DNA of 64,000 bases from Cenococcum geophilum (taxonomy: Eukaryota): NCBI GenBank assembly GCA_050273025.1, contig CP158635.1:28458001-28522000 (forward strand), in the 5' to 3' direction. A program made the translations under genes and the position numbers. The notes beneath the pieces were generated by a model that did no database searches, had not been told where the DNA came from, and saw only the letters and a list, made by a program, of their open reading frames with translations. Positions 23,356 through 34,600 of this stretch are shown here, one piece after another. The number at the start of each line of letters is the position of its first letter. The first letter of the stretch is position 1.

Positions 23356-26300
23356 CCTACAGCATTCCAACTGACACTCGCTGCTCTGCCTGCAGCATCT
23401 CATTGACTACTGCTGCCCTACCTGCAGCAAACAACTACAACTGTATAAGAGGTAGAAGACAAGCACCTAAGGATAAAGCTTGAGGGCAAGCTTTTTTGAA
23501 AGGGAGGGTAATGTTACAGCACCGTAACGGATCTAGTTAGGGGGCTCGCTTGAGCCTTGGCATATGTATATAGACGTGTCCTTTTCCACCTTCTGCTCCT
23601 CATCTTGATATCCGGGTCCATAGAAATTCCAATTATACAGGCTTGCATACGTTCTTTACGGCGCTCGTGCCTCGATTGACTGAGTCGCTGTGACACGTAG
23701 GCTAAAATCCTCTTAATATAATTTGGATAAACCACGTTAAATTGTCTAAAGTTAATTAAAGAGCTTTTAAAGATAATTAAGCCGAGGGATACCTGGGTTT
23801 GTAGTAATAATCCTTAGGAAGGTAGTCTCTCTCCATTCTAATATATACTGCTACTTATTCTCTTCTATTTTAAAGTGGTATTTTAACTTATATATTATGC
23901 GGTTAAAATTATATTATTTTCCTGCTAAATAATTATAATAGAAGGTACTAGCTTGGCCCTTAAGCATAACGGAATAGGCGTTATGGTATTAATTAGACTT
24001 TATTCCTACCTTTTAGCAATAGTTATAGAAGATATATAGTTTTAAATTAAGAATATTATATAATTCCCCGCTAAACTTCTTCTTCTAATCCAAGTAGAGC
24101 TTCGTAAGCTCTATAAGCAATTTTAAACTGCCTTCGATTTAAGATTAAGATAGAGGAGGTAGGAGTTGCATTGTAGGCTATAGTAGGGACGTAGGTCTAG
24201 TTGGTAGAGTCTAAAGGTTATTAAATTGTAAAGTAATGGGATCCTATGCCTGCTCTTATTGGGGTATAGTATCTAATATTAAGGTTACGGGTTAAATTAG
24301 ATACAGAGGAATTAAAGGTAGAGGTAGATTTGCCTTTAGAGGTGTATTACTTAGATTCTATTATAAGTTAAGCTTCCTTATAGTACGTAGTTAGTGCTTA
24401 ATCTCTTATTAAGTCCATTTGTGCTCTTTTTTTACGTTAATAACCTACTCTTAAATATTGTCTCTAATAGTACCCCCGTCTATAGATATAAACACTCTAT
24501 ACTCCCGTAAGAAGTTATAGAAGTCTTATATAATATCCTTCTTTATAGGAGTCTATATTCCCTTTATCCATCTAATAAAGTTCTCCCTTACACAGTACTA
24601 TAGCATAGTGTTGTTATATTTGCTATCCTTATAGTATACTATATAGTATAATAGAAATCCGTTTAAGTCTTACTAATTAACATCTTTAAGGTTAGTTATG
24701 TCGGTGTTTTATACTTTTAGGTTAATGTCTTTCTTATACTTTTTTAGGTAGGTTAACGCTATAATAGAATCTGCGAAGGTATACGGAGGGTATTAAGGTA
24801 GTTGTTTAACGCGTTTTAATAAAAAGATTAAGGAAAATAAGGGTTATTTAATATGTAATTAGGGAGTAATTGTAATCTTACGGTCTATAAAGGTATATAG
24901 AGGGTATTAAGGTGGTTATTTTTTAACGTGTTTTAGACGTTAACTTAGGACCCTAGGTTTAGTAATACTTTTAACCTAAAGTACTTAACTAAATCTTTGT
25001 AAACGCGGTTATTCTATATAATAGACGTAACTTAGTATCTCCTAGTACTTAGTAACATTTCTATTACTAATTTTCCGTAAGTTTAAGGTAGTATAGTATT
25101 ACCGGGATCTATTTTATATAAGCGTATATAGCACCCCTATATGAGACTGTCTCTTCTATTTGAAAACCTAGCTGCTCTATAGTTAACTATATATTTAACC
25201 ACTAATTAGTGTTAGTTATATAGGGTAACTCACTAATAACAACTACTTGAGTAGGTTATAGTGATATTGGTTAATAAAGCTTATTTAATTAGAATGAGGA
25301 AGGGCGAGGAGCCTAAGACTCCTCGCCACGCTAGTGCCGCGGCGTTATATAACGACCGCTTGCCTTATTCCCGATTAATACTTAACCTATTACGGTTTGT
25401 TTTATTATCAGTTTAGCCTTTACCAACTATAGCTTACTAAGTATTACCTTATATAACATTTCCCCTATAGTAATAAACGTTATAGATATTAAGACGTTAC
25501 CTATTACTATAGGGACCGTATATACTAGCCTAATAAACTTAAACTAAGTTCTATTTATAGACGTTAAACGCGCGCCTTATAACTATAAAGGTAAACTTAA
25601 TATTAGTAGGCCGTATTATAGGGCTACGCTTTCCTTAATAAGGTTAAGCTTAGCTCCAGAGTCTATTAAGCATTTAGCCCTTCCGTCTCCTATCTGCGCT
25701 TCTACCTTTAGGCACCGCCTTTAAAACTAGATAAATCCTACTTCTTATTTAATCTAGTCCACTTTAGCAGTCGTTAGGCCGGCTTAATTAGCATAGAATA
25801 TTAGGTGTGCTGACAATATAGATGCCTTAACGTCCTCCTGCTTCTATTGGTAAGGCTTTATAAGGGGTAGTAAGAGAGGCTTAAAGAATAGCCTTATAAC
25901 CTTCGGTATGTACACAAGGTAGTCACTAATAGTAACTTTAATAGTTTTTAATAAGATCTTGTCCGCCATTACTATTAGGCTTAGAACGTTTCTTTTTAGT
26001 ATATCTATTATCCTAACTAGCTTTAGTTATAATGCTTTAGCTATTATTATTATATCTATTATTTACTCTATCTGTCTTAGCTATTTAGTATAGTTTATTT
26101 TATTAACCTCGTCACTACTTAATAGTAGTGGAGGAGCCTGCTACTAGGGCTATAGTGTGATTTAGATATATCCTCCTAGTTGTATATTTTAAATCGTTAC
26201 CGGTCGCGGATTAGATGGTTTTAGAGGCTATTTTATTACCCTTACTTTCCCTTACGGTCTCCTAAGATTATATACCCGTGGCGTAGGCTATAACTAGGTT

Positions 26301-27548
26301 ATAGCTCCTACTAAATCAATATATATTGACTCCACTTAATATATATCTTCCTAGGACTTACTAAGTTCCTCTTTACTTTTAGCGTTACTACCCTTTATAA
26401 GCTTTACGGAAGCTGCCTTTAGTTAAACACCTATTACTAGCGTATTAGGATTAATATTTACGTTTTACCTTAGCTAGTCTTTAAGGAACTAGATTTAATT
26501 ATCGCTCGGTAAATATAGAATTATATTTCCTAGGCGCTTACGTATTCTAGCGTATATTTAGTTATTTTTATTTATATATAGGAAACTATAATAAACTAAC
26601 TCTTAGAGCTCTAGATACTAATTAATAAAATAATAGTATAAGAGGCTAGCCTGACCGGAACGTATAATTATCTAATTAATAGTGTTACCGGTAAGTAGAA
26701 GGTAAGTTAAAGGTAAGTTAAAGGTAGAATAAGTTTTACGTATTGAAGGACAAATGCTTCTAACTACTTCTATTTAGAGACTAATTGCTAGTTCTTCTTT
26801 AGAGGGGAACTAGCTTCTCATATATTTCTTTTAAGACGCTAGTAAAACCTTTCGCCCTTAATTTATCTAACTGTATCTTCTGGAACATAAATAGGATATA
26901 GATAAAACCTCTTACCGTCTTATTAGATATGTACCTTTTAGGGGATTCCGTTATAATTGCCTCCCCTTTTAAGGTCTTAGTCCTCTAAAACTTCGCCTCT
27001 ACTAAGCTTTTATAGAGTTCCGGCTAAAATTACTAGGGAAACCCTTAGTGGAAAGGTACTTTATAATGCGACTTATTGCTAGCTCTTTACTAGCGCGGAA
27101 CTTTACTTTATCTTTTATTCCTCTACTCTTCTCCTACCCTAGCTCCTTATAGTATTTTCATAATAGGATTTTAATAATAGTAATAAAAATTTAGTAGGAT
27201 TTACCTTTTTAATTTTAGGAATTTGTTATAAATGGATCTAGAGGTTATCCGGTGCAACGCGTTAACTAACTACTATTCCTATTTACCTAAATGGGCCTTA
27301 ATAATGACGTCTTTAATTTTAATTTCTTTCTGTTTATAAGTCGTCGTCTCTCCCTCGTCCTTCTATTAATAATACTATTTGTCTTGTTCTTAAATAGGCT
27401 GTTTTTATTATATCTCGCCTTTTAGCTTCTATATCTCCAGCCGTACTTCTATTACTACCTCGTTATCTTTTCTTAACGTATCTATAAGCAACAGGATCCC
27501 TACCTTATCTCTTATAACGATGCTAACTTCTTAAAGTATTCTCTTATA

Positions 27549-28366
27549 ATGGCTCGTGGTCCTTCTATGCGTCCCTAGACCGGCAGTAGTGTTATTAATC
27601 TCCTAGTGACGCCCTAGACAGCGTCTGTTACTCCTACGGCAGTTTCTCTAAAATGCTATTATTACTGCGTTTATGCTCTTATATAGGATCCTTCCCACAT
27701 CTATAAGATACCTTACTCCAGCAAAAATAAATTTAAGTGCTCCTATTGTCGCAGTAGGAGAAAAACCTACGTCCTGGTATTTCCTATTCCATTCTATTCT
27801 AAATTTCGCTAATTATACTAGATCCCCGCTATCTATATATATAAGACTTATAGGCTCTAACGCGCCATCTAAGATTTCCGCTAATATCCTAATAGTAATA
27901 GGCGGGGATAGAAGGTGTCTTCCCTCGCTTATAAACTCTTTAATTCTATAAGGGTTTCTACTACTATAGAGACGTAATGTTCTTAAATATATAGTGTCTA
28001 GGAGCGTATATGCGAATAGCTCGTCCTTATTAATAATAATATTTATACTCTTACGCGGGCTACTCTAGCTAGGTAAGTTTCTTTAGTGACTTACTTAGGA
28101 ACTGTGTTAACTTCTTTAGCTAACATCTCTCTAATCCCTACTTAGACGCTGATTTGGAACCTAGGGATACTAAAGATAGTAATAAAGGTTAAAATAAACG
28201 TTCTCCTTGCCAGTCTCTTACCCGTACTAGTTCTTCCAGTACCCGTTATTCTAAGAAGAATATTAGTAGAAGTACTAATGCTTCTAGGGATAGAGGAGCC
28301 GATAATACCGTTAATAATAACGTTAAGATAGAAGAGGAGGCTCCTATTACTACTACTAGTATTTAA
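27549..28366 (+). pseudogene. Antisense three-exon Cys6 (zinc-cluster-like)/coiled-coil/acidic-tail gene relic of Gypsy-C
   Basis: ATG 27549; exon 1 27549-27776 with C-x2-C-x11-C-x11-CSYC-x6-C (partly restored from TAT/TAC); intron 1 27777-27821 GTATTT..GCTAAT..TAG; intron 2 28073-28119 GTAAGT..GTTAAC..TAG; frame is kept across both introns; acidic C-terminus ending TAA 28364-28366. Confidence 0.75.
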
Positions 28367-31300
28367 GTTATTACCTAGCTCTTTCCTTCTTTTTATAGAA
28401 TAGCTTTATATAGTGCCTCTTGGGTGCCTCTAGAATGCCCTATTATTAGGAATTAACTTTATACTTTAGGGATACCTTTATTCTAAGCTTTAGTAATAAT
28501 CTATATAAACATAGTATACTACTATAATCCCTATATATAATAAACGGGTAGTATTCCTATAGGTGCCTTATAATTCCTTAAATTTTCTAATTCTTTATAG
28601 GCTATCCTTTTGCTCCTCTTTGTACTATTAACTCTACTATATATCTCTAGTGCTAGGCTAGATACTCTCCTTTTATCCCTAAGGGATCTTTCTAAATCCC
28701 TAAGGCCACTTCTTATAGTACTACTACTCCTTCTTAAACAGCATCTTCTTTAAATAGTATCCCTAGTGGTTCTCCTATGGATCCCTATAGGCTTCCTCTT
28801 ATAGGATTTTAGGATCCCTATTATAATAGCAAAACATTTCCGTTCTTAATGCCTATACTTAATCCTATAGTTTTAATTTACGGGGTCTTCCCTATTACTT
28901 TACCTATAGTATATCCGGAACTATTTCTAAGTCTTTACCTTTAGTTCTTATAAAGGTTTTAATTACGGTGTCGTATTCTAGCTAAAAGTACTCCTTAGGT
29001 TCCTAACTATTATACGCCTAAGAGTATCCTTCCTAACGAACTAAAAATTTGCTCTTTTTTTGGCGCTATCTTTAGTCTAGAATATCTTCTACATTCCATT
29101 CTAGTTCCCTATTAATTTTGCTAAGTAGGGGCGGTTCCGTACTATCTCTTCTTTAATATAGCTTTAGTAAGGAAACATAAAATATAGGATGTATTAGATA
29201 AGATTTCAGTAATTCTAATTTATAGGCTTAGTTTTCTTTAATTTTCTTAACTATCTTAAAGGGTCCGAGCTACTGGTAATCTAGCTTCTTCTTAATACGT
29301 TTCATTCAGATATTTTTTATAAATAGTAAGACTTCGTCTCCTATCTTAAATTCTTTTGGCATATATTTTTCGTTATAGTACCTTTTTTACACGGCCTGGG
29401 CGTCTAGCAAGTGCTTTTTAAGTTCCTCTCTACGAATTCTTATTTGCTTAATTCTTTTAGACGCCGCTAGTGCCTTTCTTTTAGGAATAATGTCCTTAAC
29501 GTTTTAGGGGTTATTTACTTTTACCCCAAATAATGCTTTATAAGGGGTTATTTTTATACTACTATAGATACTTATATTATATACGTACTACACTAAAGCC
29601 AACCACAATGTCCAATTATCCTATTAATAATTAATATAGTAGCGGAGGTAGTGTTCTAATAATATATTTAAATGCTCTGTTTGCCCATCTATTTACGGGT
29701 AAAAGGTAGTGCTTATCCTTTATTATATTTTTAATAAAAGATAGAATAAAGACTAAAATATACTGTTAAATATGGTACCTCTATTAGATACAATTCCCCT
29801 TAGCGTGCCGAATGAGAGCCACTGTTCTAAAAACAGGTCTGCCAGTTCTGCTACTGTAATTATTATTATAACAGCAAAGTATCCTAAAAACTTTATATAC
29901 CTATTGACGATTACTAGAATAGCGTTAGCAACCTCTCCAGTTCTTGTCTTAGTAGGGGGTAAGCCTATAATAAAATCCATTGTTAATTCTAATATGGGTC
30001 CCTGCGGAATAGAAAGCACTAATAACTCGCCATATAGGCGATGCCTAGATATCTGTATCCTTTAGCACGTATTATACCTTAATATATAGTCCTTAACCTC
30101 TTTAGACATTCCGTCCTAAAAGTATTTCCTTTAAACGGCCTTAAGGGTTCTGTTGGCACTATAGTAACCCCTAAGAGAGTTATTATAGAAGACCTTTAGA
30201 ATTTCGTCTTAAATCGCTTGGTCCTTTAGGATATATACAGCACCCTTAAAGCGCAATAGACCCTTTTAGTCTTGCTGCCACAGCTTCTTAGTAACTCTAG
30301 CTAAGTTAGTCTCTACTATATCTTTCTACCTCTCCCTAGAGGCGAAGGCGTCCCTTTATTAAGCTTAAAGAAGAAGATCTAGAAAGGTTTTATATAGATC
30401 GCTTACTTCTATTTCGCCTGCCGCCATTACGGACTTAAGGCGTAGTACGAGACGTTTTAAACCATTAGTGCTAGTAGATTCTCCTACCGTTATATAGTAT
30501 GCCACGCTACGGATAGGCATCTTACCTATCCCCCTTAGATTTAAAAACTTGCAGCTAATACGCCGTCGAGTTAAAGGTGCCGTAATACCTCTAGCACATC
30601 CCGTAGAATTCTTGCTAATTCTAGGGTACACCAACTTTATAACGTCTGCTTAGTCTATAACCTAGTTTATAACCATATCCTATCCCTTAACCCGTTAGAT
30701 TTCGTCCCCGTATTATTGATAAGAGCTAGCTAATTAGAGCTATAGAATCCAACCACTGCGAAGCTTAGAGTACGACGTACCCGCACGGACCACCTACTCT
30801 GGGGGCGCTGACGGGTTAAGGGATAGCTCTATAATTGTGTCGCTTTATAGCTGCATTACTAGGACCTCTACCCTACCGCGAAATTCTATAGTTCTAGGGA
30901 AAGAGTCTTTTTTCTTCCTAAGCAAATTTTGTAATATGGGGATTATTTCCCCTATGCTGTCCTAGATCCTCCCTATCTTATAATCTAGATATCTTAACAA
31001 CCTATCGGCAGGATTTGTCTTCCCTAGGCGGTACGTAATTTTAAAGTCATACTATAATAGTACCTCTATCTATCTTACTTATTAACCGCTTAACACCTTT
31101 ATAGTTATAAAGTATTCCAAGTTGTTATAGTCTGTAAGGACTTTAATAGGATAATTGCTTCCTATATAATAATATCGCTAGTGCTTTATTACTGCGATTA
31201 TCGTAAGCAGCTTTTAGTTGTGCGTTATGTAACGCTGCTCTATAGGGGTTATTTTCCTTAACTAAAACGCTATAGGATGCCATTTTCCGTCTTTTAATTA

Positions 31301-31653
31301 AGATATAATTGCCCCTAGGGTAAAGCCGGATGCATCCGTTTTAAGGTATATATATAGCTCCTAGCAAAAGTATATTAGGATAGGCGCCGACGTAAATAAA
31401 TTCTTTAACCGGTTTATAGCCTACTTAGCAGCTTCCCTAAATATAAAGGGTCCTAACTTCTTGCCATTCTTAGATCCTTTTAGTAGATTGGTAATTAGGA
31501 GTATTACTCGTAAGTAGTAAATAATAAACGTTTGGTAGAAGTTCGCCGTGCCTAAGAAAACCTATACTTCTCTAAATATCGTAGGGTAGGGCTATTCCCT
31601 AATAGCGTCTACCCGACTTTTCTCTATTAATACTCTATTAACGCTAATAATAA

Positions 31654-34600
31654 TGTTATAGTGCTGCAATGAAGTAGACTAAATAACTACGTTGTGGTAT
31701 AAAGAGGAGAAGGTAAAAAGGGGGTATTGTATATAAATAGTAGGGCCAGCCGCCAAGGCACTAGTGGTGGGCTAGCTAATAGTAGGAAATAGTACGAGAT
31801 AGTATGGAACAGTATGCGTTAGGTCAGTGCCGTAATAGTACTCCTCTCTCTTAGATGGTTTGGTCTCTAAACCAAATAGATAACTCTAAAATAGGTAGTA
31901 TATAGGGTTACCTATTTTTTACTGCAAAGATATCGGTTCCGCTTACCGCCCTTAACTAAGCCAATAGCGATTTTCTATGCCGGGTATAGAAAATCCTAAT
32001 TAGTTAGTTTAGTGAGTAATATCGGTAGAACTCTATACCGCTACCTAAACCAATCTATATGGCGCTTCTTGGCAAGAATCTGGCTAATTAGACAACTTTA
32101 ACCGCTGGTTGAAGTTCTATAACATCTTAACCACCACAAATTTTAACACGGTAGTCGGCTACAACCTTAGTGTGACTTCTTCTTATCTTATGCCTAGTCT
32201 GGAGGTCCTAGCTTTTTAGGGTGTTACTTATAGAAGCGCTATACAGCTTATTCGCAACCCTTTAGGTCTTTTTTTAGCTGCTAGGTAGTATCCTTATAAT
32301 ATTTCCATTTAATCTTATAAGTTAGACCTTAGGGGTCTTCGTTGTATACGTTAAGGATTTTCTTAAACTCCTATTTATCTTCTATATTGCCGTTATTATC
32401 TCTCTCTGCTACTCGTCCTTGTATATTACGGCGCTCTATAATATTAATATTTGCTTAGCTAGGGATCTCTTTAGCAGCTTAGAGGCGGACCTTAAATATA
32501 TAGAAGGATTTGTTTACTCGGATATAGTTTAGAAGGTTTACTATAACTGCCCCTTAGTATACTGCGAGTACGGGGTACAGGCCGTCCTATTTATTGTCCT
32601 ATTTCTTCTTAGGTCTATTTATCTTTATATTTTTTAAGCTAACTATAACTATATCGCCTTTATAGAATAACGCGCTCTTATCCCTATGGGTATTAGCGTT
32701 GTCTTTATAGCGTTACTATAAAATCTAGGCTAGGGCCTTAAGCTATGTTAATATCCGCTTAAAGCGGTTGGCCATAAAGTCTACGCGAAAGAACTCCTTC
32801 TTTGCTTATGCTAATAGTGTTAGTAGGCGGGGGCCAGCAGGCTTAATTCTAAGGCGAGGGTTAAAGCTATAGTTTATAAAGAATAGGGAGATGCCTGTGC
32901 TCTTATTAACTTAGTTATTTATAGTAAACTTGGTAAGCGGTAGGTAGTTAACTTAGTCGTCCTATATAAAGCTAACAAAAGCATAAAGGTACTTATTTAT
33001 AGCGGCGTTAATAATTTTGGTTTAGCCGTCCGTTTCTAGGTGCTAGGCTAAGCTTAGTTATAAGGTTGTCTTAAGGCGTTTACTTAGTTATTACTAGAAG
33101 TTGCTAATAAATTATATACCGCGATTGGAGATAATCGTGCTTAGTGCACCGTAGAGCTTATACACGTTGTTAATAAAGCTATTAACTAGCTCCTCTATTA
33201 AGAGTCCTGTTACTAGAATAAGGTGTCGCATTTTAGTTAGGCAGTCTATAATAACAAGAATATGTTTATATACCTTGCCGTAGCGTTGGCATACCGGCAG
33301 CGTTATAATATAGTTAATTAAAATATCTATTTATAGGCAAGCGGGTAGTTCTAATAGCTTTAGGAAACTAGGCGGGGTAGAATAGGGGGTCTTAGTGCGA
33401 AAGTATAGAGTATAGTCTTTAATAAAGGTAGCCGTAAACTAGGAGATTCCTAGCTACTAGTATATTTAGTTTAGGAGGTTAAGGGTCTTAACCCGGCTAG
33501 GGTAACTAGCGGGGCCGCTACTATAAGATTAGTGGATAACTTCTAGGCGGAGGTCTAGGGCGTTAAGGACAAAGAGGCGTTAGCGAAAGTAGATCTGTCC
33601 GTTAATAATACTATATTCTAACTTATTACAATGGAGTAATTTCCTAATCTTCTTTAGCTAATGGTGAGCTTTCCAATCTTACAGGGCCGCCGCTATATCT
33701 TTTACGAGTTTGTTCTCCTAGTATCCTAACTAGATTAGCTTATTTAGTGACTTTTCGGCTATTTTAGGGTCTAGAGCGGCTATAAACTCCGCGTTATTAA
33801 AGTTATGGGACTTATATAGTAATTCTTCTAAGATTATAGGGTTAACTTTCTAGGGCGGTATAACGACTTGGGCTCGGTAGCGGAGGTGTTTATTATTAGT
33901 ATCCTTAGGTCTTATTCCTAGCAGCTAGCTTAGGGCGTTAGGGAGCGTGGCTTTACTACTAGGTCTATATATAATTATAAAGTTAAACTGTAAAAGGAAC
34001 TCTGCCTACTAAACTTAGCGCTAATTTAGCTACTTAGTAGTTATAAACGTCTATAGGTTCTTATAGTTAGTGATAATTTTAAATAGCTCCTTAGTCCCTT
34101 ATAGCTTAGGGCGCTATTTCTCTAAAGCCTTAATAATAGCTAAGAGTTCTTTATTATAGATCTTATAGTTATACTTTAGCGTAGAGTACTTTACGGAGAA
34201 GAATATAACCGGTCTTAATTTACTATCATCGCTATACTAGGAAAGGACTCCACTAGAAGCCTAATTTAATACGTTTATCTCTACCACTTTTTTCTTTATA
34301 TAGTCGTAGTATGCTAGTACTAGTGCTAAAGTAAAGGCTCTCTTAAGGGCCTTAAACGATTTAGCTTATTCTAGTCCCTATAGCCATCTAATATCCTTCT
34401 TTAGGAGTTTTGTTATTGGTGTAGCGATGGCAGAGTAGCCTTAGATAAATTATTAGTAGAAGTTCGCGAAGCCGAGAAATTGTTATAGTTCTTTAATTGA
34501 CGTTAGGTCCTTCTATTTCTATAAGGCCTATACCTTCTTAGGGTCCATAGTTATGCTATTAGTTAAGATAATTAAGCCGAGGTATTTTGTTTTAGTAGAG

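Larger units (their letters stand above)
18997..23695 (+). mobile_element. Non-autonomous TRIM-like LTR element (about 1.58 kb net) interrupted by a hAT transposon
   Basis: 184-bp LTRs 18997-19180 and 23512-23695 (TGTTAC...GTGACA); perfect TSD CGTAG; polypurine tract gaaagggagggtaa before the right LTR; ~1.2-kb internal region with no recognisable gag/pol, rich in short repeats (ctgctcctgcctgcagc). Confidence 0.9.
6216..25376 (-). mobile_element. Ty1/Copia LTR retrotransposon (about 6.0 kb net), interrupted by Gypsy-B and the TRIM-like element
   Basis: 167-bp LTRs at 6216-6382 and 25210-25376 (start TGTTG/TGTTA); TSD GATAC (6211-6215)/AATAC (25377-25381, one G>A); Copia RT motif on minus near 7670-7770 (de-RIP KPLYGIAEAGTHWWATYSKHH.EKL.M..STFDPC); integrase lies upstream of RT (Copia order). 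Confidence 0.9.

Noticed and set aside
24776..24935. ~45-bp direct repeat in Copia gag as a separate insertion boundary
   Set aside because: No terminal motifs; looks like an internal Pro-rich coding duplication.
31921..32047. Shared module as a twister ribozyme, group I intron remnant, tRNA or 5S gene
   Set aside because: Only short word resemblances; required pseudoknots, P7 pairing, cloverleaf or B-box were not found, and the inversion in one host argues for DNA-level function. An Infernal/Rfam search would settle it.
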